This document shows, piece by piece, positions 8,538 to 18,885 of a DNA stretch of 64,000 bases. Numbering within the stretch: the stretch's first letter is position 1; every line of letters starts with the position of its first letter. The notes below the pieces were generated by a model. It saw only the letters and a list, made by a program, of their open reading frames with translations. It was not told the origin of the DNA and made no database searches. The translations under genes and the position numbers were made by a program. This DNA comes from Alphaproteobacteria bacterium (GTDB taxonomy: Bacteria > Pseudomonadota > Alphaproteobacteria > RF32 > CAG-239), in NCBI GenBank assembly GCA_045221335.1, contig JBGUWS010000017.1:79737-143736 (forward strand), read 5' to 3'.

Positions 8538-10139
8538 TTAGAAAGTTTTAGTGCTACCATCGGGAGCTTTTAAAACAAGGCTGTAGTCAGTCTTGCTTAG
8601 AATGCTGTATCCGCTGACAGCAGAAGCATAATGTCCGTCAACGACATTTGCCCAACCGTAAATTTTACATGTGAGGGCATCGATGCCGGAGATCTGCCTG
8701 TTGTTTTCATCATACCAGATGATGTTGGCAGTTGTTTCAACCGCTCTTGCTAATTGGAAGGCCGAAGAAGCATTCTTTTTAGCGGCGGAATCAAAACTGC
8801 CAAAGTCTGACGTAGTAAAAGTAAATTCTGTTGGAAAAGCCTTATCGTAAGCACAAATTCCCCAATAGTAACCTTTTTCAAAGTGTACCAACACACATTT
8901 CTTAGTAATGGCACCTCCCTGGGTTAAGGCTGCTTGGTCAAAAACGGCTGATACGGCATATCCCAATACTTTACCATACCTGGAGTTTGGATCAGGATCA
9001 GGATCAGACTTCTTATTCATCGATGTTATCACCGATTTTCTAAAAGTCTTACCACCAAACACTACCGTTGCAACAGTGGTGTTTTTGGCTGATGATGAGT
9101 TAATGATAGCAATTTGCCAATTTTCCTTGAAGTCAATTGACAAATCGAATGAGAATCTCTCACCATCCCAATCCAAACTGGCCTCATAAAAAGGATAAGT
9201 AAACACGTCTTCAAAATATTCTTTTTGATTTGAGAACATAATGGTTTGCGTCGTCATACTCTTTTTTATGCGCCATTCTGAATTGCCAACATCTTGTTTA
9301 GCTCCAACGTTTGAGGACAAGCTTCCGTTGAAATCAAAGTTGGAGACTTCAATAGATCGCTGATTAGATGAAGTAAAGGGAAAATCAAGCACAGGAGAAG
9401 TTTTCTTGTAAACTTTCGTTCCCGAACTCCAAACTTCAGTTTTCTTGACATACAGGTAAAATTGCTCTGCACCTACCCATTCAAGTCCGCTTTTAGTTTC
9501 AGAATCGAGCAGCTTATCTTTTTGCTTAACTTCGGTTTTTTCGTAGCTAACACTAAGCCTTTGTGTGCCACTTTGATCCTTGTTACTGGTTTCCCAGACT
9601 AAGTCAAAGTCTATGTTAGCATAAGTTTTAGAACCGGCGGTTCTGATTGAGGATTCCATAAACAAAAGGTATTGTAACTCGACATGAGGGTAATACAATG
9701 ACCTTCCATTGTAATTATAGGAATAGAGCGGATAGCGAATCTCCGCGATGTAAATCTGATCGTCGTTAAAATAAAATTTCTGGTAGATCACCTGATACCT
9801 GGGATTTGTTCCTTCATACCCCGAGGACTTAGATGTGTTTATATGAATAGGTTTCGGATTATTCCCTGATTCATATTCAACCAGTTTTAACGTTGGATAG
9901 AGTTTTACCTCGCCGACAGGATGGATTTCTTTCCATCCTGAGTTTTCTTTGTAGCGGAGAGTTTGATTGCAATAGAGAATAAGCGTATCTCCGGATTGCT
10001 TCTGCGACCAAGAAAACTCGAGTTCACCACTTGTTCCGTTATTGCCCTGAAGACCGATAGAACCTTCGCCTTCACATGAGCACAACGAAACAACCATAAA
10101 CACTAAGGCGATAAAGCCTAAAAAAATGTTTCTGTTCAT
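8538..10139 (-). CDS. Putative lipoprotein, beta-rich, Bacteroidota-like
   Basis: Signal peptide with lipobox LCSC followed by acidic EGEG; Ser/Thr/Lys-rich beta-strand pattern; DPDPDP linker. Confidence 0.75.
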   Translation of the reverse strand: MNRNIFLGFIALVFMVVSLCSCEGEGSIGLQGNNGTSGELEFSWSQKQSGDTLILYCNQTLRYKENSGWKEIHPVGEVKLYPTLKLVEYESGNNPKPIHINTSKSSGYEGTNPRYQVIYQKFYFNDDQIYIAEIRYPLYSYNYNGRSLYYPHVELQYLLFMESSIRTAGSKTYANIDFDLVWETSNKDQSGTQRLSVSYEKTEVKQKDKLLDSETKSGLEWVGAEQFYLYVKKTEVWSSGTKVYKKTSPVLDFPFTSSNQRSIEVSNFDFNGSLSSNVGAKQDVGNSEWRIKKSMTTQTIMFSNQKEYFEDVFTYPFYEASLDWDGERFSFDLSIDFKENWQIAIINSSSAKNTTVATVVFGGKTFRKSVITSMNKKSDPDPDPNSRYGKVLGYAVSAVFDQAALTQGGAITKKCVLVHFEKGYYWGICAYDKAFPTEFTFTTSDFGSFDSAAKKNASSAFQLARAVETTANIIWYDENNRQISGIDALTCKIYGWANVVDGHYASAVSGYSILSKTDYSLVLKAPDGSTKTF

Positions 10140-10236
10140 ATTGGTATTTTTTTAATGTTGATAATCTGGCAAATCAGACCTTTATAAAAATATAACATAA
10201 ATTATAACGGCCATAATAAGAATTTATCTAGCGTGT

Positions 10237-10264
10237 ATCATATCAAATAAAAATAAAAAGTCAA
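10237..10264 (-). promoter_or_regulatory. sigma70-type promoter of the lipoprotein gene
   Basis: TTGACT-16 nt-TATGAT with extended -10 TG. Confidence 0.6.
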
Positions 10265-10400
10265 TATTTTTGTCTAATCAGGTTGACAAATTTTTATGAT
10301 ATCAAAGAATCCTAAAATAATTGGTCTTTAAGCATATAAAAAACAAAGTAAAATCGTTGACAAAGCAAAATGCTTGCCTATAGTAATGAAAGGAGGCAAA

Positions 10401-11273
10401 ATGTCAGCAATCATTGATAAAATAAAAGTTAAGGGCCAATATCTTCTACCTCAAGCTTTGTTATCACGAGTTATCGGTAAAATGGCCGCTTCAAATATGG
10501 GTAAACTGACAACTTTTTTCATTAAGAGTTTTATCAAACATTACCATATTGATCTGAAGCCATTTGAGATAGAGGATGCACGGTTATATAGTTCCTTTAA
10601 TGACTTTTTCACGCGCGCTTACAAAAAAGGGGAACGTCCGATTGTCTCTGATAAGAATGCTTTAGCGCATCCCGTGGATGGAACAATCAGTGAATATAAT
10701 GAAATATACAAAGATGCCGTCCTTCAAGCCAAGGGACATTACTATAGTTTGCAAGCATTATTGGGTGGGGACATAAATGATGCCAAGCCCTTTTTATCCG
10801 GTGATTTCATGACCGTTTATTTATCACCCAAAGATTACCATCGTGTACACATGCCTCTGGATGGCAAATTAGAAAAAATGATTTTTGTTCCCGGAAGTTT
10901 GTTCTCAGTTAATCCCTTGACAGCAGAAAATGTTGATAATCTGTTTGCGCGCAACGAACGTGTCATATGCTTTTTTAAAAATGAGCAAATAGGGGAATTT
11001 GCCGTTGTTATGGTTGGAGCGATGATTGTTGCCAGCATAGCGACGGTTTTCGCAGGAATAGTCGCCCCTTCTGCCGGCCGTCAAAAAAATATATATGACT
11101 ATAGCAAAAAAGAAATCTTTCTAAAGAAAGGATCTGAGCTCGGACGTTTTTTGTTAGGGAGTACGGTTATTTGCATTTTTCCGAAAAATAAAATAGAATT
11201 TTCAAAAGAACTCAAAAAAGGTTTCTCGGTAAAGATGGGAACAAAGTTTGCCAGTATTAAAGAGGGTGGCTAA
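10401..11273 (+). CDS. psd: Phosphatidylserine decarboxylase proenzyme (E. coli-type)
   Basis: FNDFFTR, PVDG, YLSPKDYHRVHMP, NER and LGST cleavage motif; SD AGGAGG before ATG 10401. Confidence 0.95.
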   Translation: MSAIIDKIKVKGQYLLPQALLSRVIGKMAASNMGKLTTFFIKSFIKHYHIDLKPFEIEDARLYSSFNDFFTRAYKKGERPIVSDKNALAHPVDGTISEYNEIYKDAVLQAKGHYYSLQALLGGDINDAKPFLSGDFMTVYLSPKDYHRVHMPLDGKLEKMIFVPGSLFSVNPLTAENVDNLFARNERVICFFKNEQIGEFAVVMVGAMIVASIATVFAGIVAPSAGRQKNIYDYSKKEIFLKKGSELGRFLLGSTVICIFPKNKIEFSKELKKGFSVKMGTKFASIKEGG

Positions 11274-11920
11274 GATTTTTTTGTTAAAATGAAATGCCTT
11301 AAAAAACGAAAATTTGCCGGTGCAGCCCAAAAGGAAATGTAAACTTCGTTAATACCAAGTTCCTTACATATACCGATTCGATGGTGCCCTTGCAGTAATT
11401 GATCCTTCACCCCGAATTTACGATTGAGCATAACATACATCGGGTGCTTAGGATCATATCCATTAGCCTTAAAAGATTGGCGCAATTCTTGATAACACTT
11501 TTGTGCATCTTCAAGGCTTAGACGGTAGCGTTTGTTGGCTAATTGATAAGCATTTGCAGCGTTTCTTTCTCCTCTTGGTAAATGTGCGGACAATAAATCA
11601 TCAAGTCTCACACCAAATCCGACCGAACTTCTAATATAAAATTTTCTTTTAATAGGTTTAATGAGATTAAGCAACAAACCAATGAATGCTGGATAACTAT
11701 AATAAGCAACAAGAGTTTGCACATAATCATCATCTTGATGTTGCGCCAAAATCTTTTCTCCGCTTAAAAGCTCAACATTGCCATCATTTTTAAGTAGAAT
11801 AACCACACATGTCTGCTCTTTTGATTGGTAGTTTACATCATGACAAGGGGGCAGTTTTTTTATATCTCTTGCCCTAATATAATAAAACTCTGAAGAAAAA
11901 AACAATCTTTTCATAGACAT
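11270..11920 (-). CDS. ParB/Srx N-terminal domain-containing protein
   Basis: GYDPKHPMYV...LLQGHHRIGICKELG matches the ParB-like GHHR motif; start uncertain. Confidence 0.6.
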   Translation of the reverse strand: MSMKRLFFSSEFYYIRARDIKKLPPCHDVNYQSKEQTCVVILLKNDGNVELLSGEKILAQHQDDDYVQTLVAYYSYPAFIGLLLNLIKPIKRKFYIRSSVGFGVRLDDLLSAHLPRGERNAANAYQLANKRYRLSLEDAQKCYQELRQSFKANGYDPKHPMYVMLNRKFGVKDQLLQGHHRIGICKELGINEVYISFWAAPANFRFLRHFILTKKS

Positions 11921-12093
11921 ATTTCCATATTCAAATTTGAGCACAAACTAGCACAAAACCCTGATATCTACAATAGATATCATATTCTATCCACATTAAT
12001 TTGAGTATCGGTAATTTATGTGAATAGCTGTTAAATAAGATTGCAAGAATAGTGCATGATTGCTAGAATAAAGCACTGTTTAAGGAGAGAAAA

Positions 12094-13155
12094 ATGAAAC
12101 CTCTAAGGATTGTTCATTGTGCCAATTTTAATACCATACGTCTAAAAGGCTGTTACATGGCTTCGATGGGCTACAAGCTGACCAATGGCTTAGTTCGTTT
12201 GGGCCATCAGGTTTTGCTTTATTCAGACAGGGATATGACGCGCACATTTGGTATTTTTGGCAAAAAGTGTCCCGGAGCTATTACAAAAAATAACAAAAAT
12301 TTTATAGAGTTTTGCTTAAATCTCAGACCGGATGTCATTTTTTTAGGACATGCAGATACCATAAGTCTCAAAACTCTTTTTTCCATTAAAGAGGCGATAC
12401 CTGATGTCAAGATAGTGCAATGGAATGTGGATTCAATTAATCCCTCATTACCGGAAGGACAACATAATATTGAAAACATCAAACAAAAGTTGCCAGCTGT
12501 TGATCTGACATTAATAACAACGGCTAAAAAAGATTTATTAAAAATCTTTGAACCTTCAAAACATAAGGTTTATTTTATTCCTAATCCGGTAGATCGCTCA
12601 ATTGAAACGGCACAAGTTTTCTCAAATCCAGATACAAAATATGATCTCTTTTTTGCGGCATCACCTAAAGTTAAAAGAGATGTCGGTGGAACTTTAATGG
12701 ATGGTGAGGAACTTTATAACTATATCAGCAGTAATTGTCCTAAAGCAAAGTTAATGTTTCCTAGGATAAATCATCCTTCAGCCGATGGTATTGCCTATTT
12801 AGAATTATTAAAAAATTCTGCCATGGTGTTAAATTTATCACGTACTGCTGATGACTATCTCTATTCATCAGACAGAATGGCTCATGCAATGGGTAACGGC
12901 TGTTTGATTTTTCAGGATTTAAGAACCGGTTTTCAGAATATTTTTAAAGAAGACGAAATAGCTTTTTATAGTACGCCAGAAGAATTGGTCAGCAAAATCA
13001 ATTTCTATCTTGAACATAAAGATCAAAGAATGTCTGTGGCCCAAAAAGGATGGCAACATTATTACGAACTGTTTAATGAAACAAGAGTAGCCTCTTATGT
13101 CTTATCTTTGTTAGACAACACTTTTAATCCTAAAGATTATCCTTTTTTTAGCTAA
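12094..13155 (+). CDS. Glycosyltransferase (GT-B, CgeB/YkvP-like)
   Basis: LNLSR...YSSDRMAHAMGNG...EELVSKINFYL...R..VAQKG C-terminal pattern. Confidence 0.8.
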   Translation: MKPLRIVHCANFNTIRLKGCYMASMGYKLTNGLVRLGHQVLLYSDRDMTRTFGIFGKKCPGAITKNNKNFIEFCLNLRPDVIFLGHADTISLKTLFSIKEAIPDVKIVQWNVDSINPSLPEGQHNIENIKQKLPAVDLTLITTAKKDLLKIFEPSKHKVYFIPNPVDRSIETAQVFSNPDTKYDLFFAASPKVKRDVGGTLMDGEELYNYISSNCPKAKLMFPRINHPSADGIAYLELLKNSAMVLNLSRTADDYLYSSDRMAHAMGNGCLIFQDLRTGFQNIFKEDEIAFYSTPEELVSKINFYLEHKDQRMSVAQKGWQHYYELFNETRVASYVLSLLDNTFNPKDYPFFS

Positions 13156-14096
13156 GCCTTTGAACGAAGCACGTTATCAAGTTTCTTAAAGCGCTGAGCA
13201 ATCTTTGCAAGATATAAAAAATCAGGTTTCAGATTAAGAAATTTAGCTCCGATATAGCGTAGAAAATCAATCGTCAAATAGGGATGCTTCATGTTCTTTT
13301 TAACATACTTCCAATTGGCAGATAAGGCTTTAGTATAAAGCTGTGATACGATATCTTTCTCTAACAGATGACCATAATCCAACAAAAAATTATAATTTGC
13401 AAAAAATCGATCATGATCAAGCTGAACGGTATTTTTACTTAAATTGTTTGTTTCTTTAGGCACCAAAACCACTTCGGCATAAATTTTAATAATTCCTTTT
13501 GCTAAACGAGAAGCGCGCAACGGAATAGTTTCATCTTGGATAAATACGCGTTCATCAGCACCATCAGCCTCTTGCAAAACCTTGCGTCGTATTAATTGTC
13601 CCATACGTGTAAAACGTCCTTTAAGTACGGTTCTTAAAGCATCCTCATGGTAAATAAAATCAAAATCTTTAGGCATCTTTTCATGACAAATAGCCATCGG
13701 CTCAAGGCCTGTCTTCTTAAAAGTCCCATAAACCATATCCGCTTTATGCTTTTTAGCTAATCTTATCATATTAATGGTTGAGTTTAGTGGCAAAATATCA
13801 TCAGAATCAAGCATTCTGACCCATTCTCCACGTGCTAACCGGATTCCTTGATTGATAGTAATGGAAATTCCTTCATTTTTATCTTTGGCAACGATTGTTA
13901 CATTTTTAATGTTTTTAGTTTTCTTTCTGATAATTTCAACCGAATTATCCTTAGATTTATCATCAATAAAAATGAATTCAGGGTTTTTAATCCCCGTTTG
14001 ATAAAGAAGTGCCTCCAGTACTGCCGGCAAATAATAGGCTTTATTATAAACCGTCATCACAAAAGAAACATCAATTTTTTCAGCCTTATCAATCAT
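13152..14096 (-). CDS. Glycosyltransferase family 2
   Basis: VSFVMTVYN, IDDKSKD, LDSDD. Confidence 0.9.
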   Translation of the reverse strand: MIDKAEKIDVSFVMTVYNKAYYLPAVLEALLYQTGIKNPEFIFIDDKSKDNSVEIIRKKTKNIKNVTIVAKDKNEGISITINQGIRLARGEWVRMLDSDDILPLNSTINMIRLAKKHKADMVYGTFKKTGLEPMAICHEKMPKDFDFIYHEDALRTVLKGRFTRMGQLIRRKVLQEADGADERVFIQDETIPLRASRLAKGIIKIYAEVVLVPKETNNLSKNTVQLDHDRFFANYNFLLDYGHLLEKDIVSQLYTKALSANWKYVKKNMKHPYLTIDFLRYIGAKFLNLKPDFLYLAKIAQRFKKLDNVLRSKA

Positions 14097-14165
14097 GAAA
14101 CTTACACTAAAAAATTACTTTCACAGGGTAAATATACCTAACATAAAAAAACAGGCAACAAAAAA

Positions 14166-14900
14166 TTAAAATTTTACACTTTCAATTTCAACACCATTTT
14201 TATATGTTGCTAAACGTGACAATCTACCTTCCTTATCAAACTCTTTGACTTTACCATGAAGTTTATCTTTTTTACGATAAGCCAAAACCTTTGGTTTATC
14301 ATTAGGATAATAAGAGTAAGAAGGACCATCGCGCAAACCTTTTACGTATTCGGTATAGCTGATAAGGTGATTATCCTTATCATAAATACGGGCCGGACCA
14401 TTTGGTTTATCATTTCTGTAAGTAATGGAGCTCTTAACACCACCATGAGGATAATATTCCTCAAACACGCCGTTTTTCTTTCCATGGATGTAACTGCCTT
14501 TTTGCATCAACATTCCGCTCTTATAATAAGAAGTTTGTCCGCCGTCTAATTTTCCATGTAAATAATTTTGCACGTCTTTTTCTTGTCCTTTGTCATAATA
14601 ACTGATACTTTTGCCTTCTAATCTTCCTTTTTTATATTGTGCAACAAGGATAGGCACTCCTTTGTTATTATAGGCCTTATAAATGCCGTCAATTTTACCG
14701 TCTACATAATGTATTTCTTCAAGCAGACGCATCTTTTTGGTATATTTTTGATAAACCCCCGTAATCGGTCGATGGTTTGCATCAAGCCTTAAACCATCCT
14801 CCTCAATTGATGTTTGATCATTATATAGCGTTGTTAACTGCGCAACGTGACAACCGCACAGCCCGAAAACCAGTACACTAATGTAAAATATTTTTGCCAT
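14166..14900 (-). CDS. MORN-variant (YwqK-like) repeat lipoprotein
   Basis: Lipobox LCGC; repeated Y..G..dG....YY..G units. Confidence 0.85.
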   Translation of the reverse strand: MAKIFYISVLVFGLCGCHVAQLTTLYNDQTSIEEDGLRLDANHRPITGVYQKYTKKMRLLEEIHYVDGKIDGIYKAYNNKGVPILVAQYKKGRLEGKSISYYDKGQEKDVQNYLHGKLDGGQTSYYKSGMLMQKGSYIHGKKNGVFEEYYPHGGVKSSITYRNDKPNGPARIYDKDNHLISYTEYVKGLRDGPSYSYYPNDKPKVLAYRKKDKLHGKVKEFDKEGRLSRLATYKNGVEIESVKF

Positions 14901-15113
14901 TTGATTAACCTTTCAACGACTTTCTATCTTTTAATAATTAAAAAAGTATAAAAAAATCAAAAATTATCAAAAAAAACATTGGATTTAGTAAAAAAAATTC
15001 TAAAACCTACCACCAAAATAATAGCCGCACCCCTTGTGACCAAAACAAGATTATAGTTGCTAAATCAATTAAAGTATGTCACAATGATGCCAAAAGATAC
15101 CAAGGAGAATGAT

Positions 15114-15863
15114 ATGTCAAAAACAAAAGTGTGTGTCGTAACAGGTGCAACCGGTAAAGTCGGTCAGCATTTATTATTACACCTGGTAGGCAAGGGCTAT
15201 AAAGTTTTAGCAGTCGGGGATACCGAAGATATGTTTTCTCCTGATGTCTTAAATAATCGCAAGATAAAGACAACAACGGTTCTGCCGATATCAGCTAAAC
15301 AGTTTAAGAAGTACGATGTCCAGTTTTGTTTTGGAGATATGAGTGATATTTCCTTTATGACCTCTGTGTTTCAGGCTGCAGATTTAGGTGATGTAGAAAT
15401 AGAGTCCTTGTTTCATTTATCAGCAAATCGGTTTATTTTACAACACAATCCATCAGCTTATCATCCGGAGTTTAGCGATACAGTTAATTTGCTTGAGCTG
15501 TCTCGAGCTTATTGGCAATCACATAAAGGAATTTTTAAGGGCTTTTTCTATATCACCGACAATCAATCAAAAGCCTCTGCAAAGATAGAAAAACTGATCG
15601 CTAAAATAAAAGAAAAGGATGATTTTCCGGTGATGAGCTATCGGGCAATACCACTTAAAAACATCGGTGTGAATTATCGTGGCAAAACCTCGCTTGCTTC
15701 ACTTTATCGGATAATAACTCCTTATAAAAATCTGACCACATCTCTGGCCTGGAAAAAACAAGCCGATGACGAGTTGACATATATCGCCGCGCTAAAATCA
15801 GTGGCAGATAAAATCTTAACGGCAATCAAAGAAGGACAGTCACTCCAATTAAGAGATGAATAG
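15114..15863 (+). CDS. NAD(P)-binding Rossmann protein, epimerase/dehydratase-like (divergent)
   Basis: VVTGATGKVG, GDMSD, FHLSA; SD AAGGAG; canonical YxxxK not obvious. Confidence 0.65.
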   Translation: MSKTKVCVVTGATGKVGQHLLLHLVGKGYKVLAVGDTEDMFSPDVLNNRKIKTTTVLPISAKQFKKYDVQFCFGDMSDISFMTSVFQAADLGDVEIESLFHLSANRFILQHNPSAYHPEFSDTVNLLELSRAYWQSHKGIFKGFFYITDNQSKASAKIEKLIAKIKEKDDFPVMSYRAIPLKNIGVNYRGKTSLASLYRIITPYKNLTTSLAWKKQADDELTYIAALKSVADKILTAIKEGQSLQLRDE

Positions 15864-15882
15864 TTCTTACTCAACGTATCAG

Positions 15883-16980
15883 TTATAGCTCCAGTCCGGA
15901 TGCCTTTTTGTTTACCAAATCACACGAAAGATCTCCATTAACGGAGCCTAAAGACTTGTCATCATATTCTCTGATAAACAATGATAAATTATGAAGAGCG
16001 GTTTTGGTTGCTTCAATTTCACTCTTATAAGGCGGATAAATGCTGTTTTCATAACGGTATTGCATATTATGATATATTTTATAAAGTTGCATATTTAGTG
16101 TTACGAATTCTGCTAAAGACAATGCTCGGTGTTCCTCTTTTTGAATAACATCATAAACGTTTTCCTTATTGGCAATACGAGAGTCGTAGAGTAAAGTGTT
16201 ACTTCTGTTTAAAACCACCAGGTCAACATCTTCAGCATGAGCTTTTTGAAAATTATCAATTTTTCCAATCATCTGAGGCAACATACTAACCACGCCGTTG
16301 AAATATTTACTTGAAACCAGTCGTGGATACAATTGCCGATGATTAAAAATAATTTCATCATAAAGCTTAGCACTGCGATAAATAGTACTCAAATAAGATA
16401 TTTCTTGAGGAACAGCCATATACACAGCCACAGGTCTGTAACCATATTGAAGAGCTTTTTTAGCATTATCTTCAAATTCTATACCAGCCCCCATGGAGCC
16501 GATAGAAAGTACTGAACATCTGCCGCTTTGAAGAGATAAATCAAGAATTGTTCGAACATAATCAATTGTGACTCCGGCAAATCTTTCACATTCATCAATG
16601 TGGCCATCTTTAAGGTGATTAAACAGGTTAGGAAAAATATCCCTATGATTATCTTTATCAATAACGTTAAAAGGAAGACAACTTTCCTCTTTGGCAAAAC
16701 GATCAATGAGCTTTTGCATCATTACGGATTTACCTGCACCGGGATACCCCCAATAAACAATAAACCGCCTAAATTCAGACGGTTTATTTTGTGCATTTGT
16801 TTCCTTAAATCTTTGTATGGCCTCTTTATAATTTGCTTGAGCTGTACATTCTTCTTTAGCTAATATATCTTGAACTTCTTTAGGTGTAAAGACAATATTC
16901 TCTGTACATTTAACATTTTCTAAGAAGTTTAATATATCATCAATTTGGTATAATGTCTGTGTTGCTGCATCTTTAATCAT
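15883..16980 (-). CDS. Zeta toxin (PezT-like) P-loop kinase
   Basis: Walker A GYPGAGKS, IDKDNHRDIFP and YLSTIYR...PRLV match the zeta/PezT pattern. Confidence 0.75.
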   Translation of the reverse strand: MIKDAATQTLYQIDDILNFLENVKCTENIVFTPKEVQDILAKEECTAQANYKEAIQRFKETNAQNKPSEFRRFIVYWGYPGAGKSVMMQKLIDRFAKEESCLPFNVIDKDNHRDIFPNLFNHLKDGHIDECERFAGVTIDYVRTILDLSLQSGRCSVLSIGSMGAGIEFEDNAKKALQYGYRPVAVYMAVPQEISYLSTIYRSAKLYDEIIFNHRQLYPRLVSSKYFNGVVSMLPQMIGKIDNFQKAHAEDVDLVVLNRSNTLLYDSRIANKENVYDVIQKEEHRALSLAEFVTLNMQLYKIYHNMQYRYENSIYPPYKSEIEATKTALHNLSLFIREYDDKSLGSVNGDLSCDLVNKKASGLEL

Positions 16981-17438
16981 TTGTCATACCCCATTTTTTT
17001 AAGTTGTTGAATAGTTTTATCAGCAGAGGTATGTAAAATACCAACCCCTCCCATTTCAATCCATTTGAGGATGTTATTTTCTCTATCGTCAATAAGAATA
17101 TCTCCCGGACGACCGAACTTTTGCTTATCTTTGGATAAACAGCAGATAACTCCATTAACAATACCATATTGTTCCTTAAGCCACTGTGTTTTCTCTTTTT
17201 GAGCTTTACTGTAACCATAGACGGGTAATCCGGTCAAAATTCGAAAATCGAAATTTTTAAGATAGCCGATCAGTTTATCCGCATCACGCATCTTGGGAAG
17301 ATTAACCCAATAATTATGGGTATTAATGACAATTTCCCATAATTCCTCTCTGGGGATTTTATAAGGCAAAACGCCGTGCTTTTTTTCAAAAGCACCGTCA
17401 AAATCAACCAAAACACCATCCATATCGCAAAATATCAT
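16977..17438 (-). CDS. HAD-family 5'(3')-deoxyribonucleotidase (NT5C-like)
   Basis: IFCDMDGVLVDF, ILTG, K..WL, DILIDDR...W...GG.GILH; SD GGAGG before ATG 17438. Confidence 0.85.
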   Translation of the reverse strand: MIFCDMDGVLVDFDGAFEKKHGVLPYKIPREELWEIVINTHNYWVNLPKMRDADKLIGYLKNFDFRILTGLPVYGYSKAQKEKTQWLKEQYGIVNGVICCLSKDKQKFGRPGDILIDDRENNILKWIEMGGVGILHTSADKTIQQLKKMGYDK

Positions 17439-17712
17439 CTCGTCCTCCCAATCTGATAAAATCATAGGAGGTAAATAAAAACATTTAAATGAAAAAAATA
17501 TTACAAAATATTATCTTTTAGTGAGTTCAAAAAAATTAAAAAAATAGTGTTGACATTTTATTTTTTTTACCTTACAAGCATCCGAAGTTTATCATTACTA
17601 AGATATAGATCGGGAAGACAATTTTTATGAAAATATAGTAAGGACCGTTACTAAGACTTGAGCTTAAAAATTTTTTTTACTTTTACTCATAATTTTTTAA
17701 ACGTAAACCTTA

Positions 17713-17752
17713 AAACAAGCCCCTGTCTTCCCAAAAGGAAGAACAGGGGTTA
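17713..17752 (-). terminator. Hairpin terminator downstream of htpX (possibly bidirectional)
   Basis: CCCCTGTCTTCC-caaaa-GGAAGAACAGGGG. Confidence 0.7.
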
Positions 17753-17777
17753 ACTTTATCTGTTAAATAATTAATTT

Positions 17778-18629
17778 TTAGCCGCCAATCTGTTGTCTGA
17801 TTTGTTCCAATCTGGCTAAACGATCCTCAGTGGTAGGGTGTGTCGAAAACAGATTACTCAAGGTCTTTGGCAAACTGCTGAAAGGATTAACAATAAACAT
17901 ATGAGCCGTTTGTATAGAAGCTCTTTTCATCTGGTAGCTTTTAGCATAACCATCAAGTTTGCTTAATGCATTCATAAGCCATTCCGGATGACCTGTCAAT
18001 TTCGCAGCTCCTTCATCTGCAGCATATTCTCTGGTTCTCGAGATTGTCATCTGAATGATGCTTGCCGCAATTGGTGTCAAAATAGCGCTGATAAGATAAA
18101 GTCCGGCGCGTTTGCGATTATTAGCTCCTTGCCCGATTCTTGCAAGCATTGTAATTGCCCCGGCAAAAACAGAAGCAATAGTGCTGATAAGAATATCCCG
18201 ATGTTTAACATGGCTCATTTCATGGGCAAGAACACCTTCAATTTCTTCGGCACTCATCAATTTTAATAGCCCGCTTGTTGCTGCAACTGCTGCATGCTTA
18301 GGATTTCTTCCTGTTGCAAAGGCGTTGGGCACTTCCTCATCAATAATATACACTTTAGGCATGGGGAGTTCTGCATTTTTAGCCAGTCTTGCTACAATTT
18401 CATATAATTCCGGTTCTGTTTTTTCATTAACAGCCTTGGCCTTGTAATGCTTCAAGACCAGCTTATCACTGAAAAAGTAATAATAAAAGTTCATGGCTGC
18501 TGCTATCCAAAAAGCATTTTTCATTCCTTCCGCACCGGCAATCAAATCACCAATATACATAAAAATCAGCATCAAACCGGTCATCAACAACGCTGTTTTA
18601 GTTCCACCCATGTCAAAAGTCCTTTCCAA
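17778..18629 (-). CDS. htpX: Zinc metalloprotease HtpX (M48)
   Basis: PNAFATG, AHEMSH, SRTREYAAD, FSTHP. Confidence 0.95.
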   Translation of the reverse strand: MERTFDMGGTKTALLMTGLMLIFMYIGDLIAGAEGMKNAFWIAAAMNFYYYFFSDKLVLKHYKAKAVNEKTEPELYEIVARLAKNAELPMPKVYIIDEEVPNAFATGRNPKHAAVAATSGLLKLMSAEEIEGVLAHEMSHVKHRDILISTIASVFAGAITMLARIGQGANNRKRAGLYLISAILTPIAASIIQMTISRTREYAADEGAAKLTGHPEWLMNALSKLDGYAKSYQMKRASIQTAHMFIVNPFSSLPKTLSNLFSTHPTTEDRLARLEQIRQQIGG

Positions 18630-18885
18630 AAATTAATTATCTTGGCATATATTAAGGCAGACGATTTTATTTAGCAAGCCTTAAGTAAGAAAAAATAACT
18701 GATTTTGACGATAATCAATATATTGTGGGTACAAAATAGCTTTACATTAAATTATGGCTTGACTTTATAAGTTTAAGAAGAGTATAACTACAGGATAAAG
18801 GCAGAATTTAAGAAACATTCTTTGATAAAGAGGTCAATAAAGGATGATAGATGTATTTAAGCGGGTTTTAAAGAGGTAACTTGGT

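Noticed and set aside
11270-11920. ParB-like gene as a plasmid or prophage partition locus
   Set aside because: Only the GHHR N-terminal-type domain is present; no parA, HTH or parS repeats nearby.
14166-14900. YwqK-like protein as part of a toxin-antitoxin system
   Set aside because: MORN-variant repeats attract that label generically; it is a lipoprotein with no adjacent cognate toxin.
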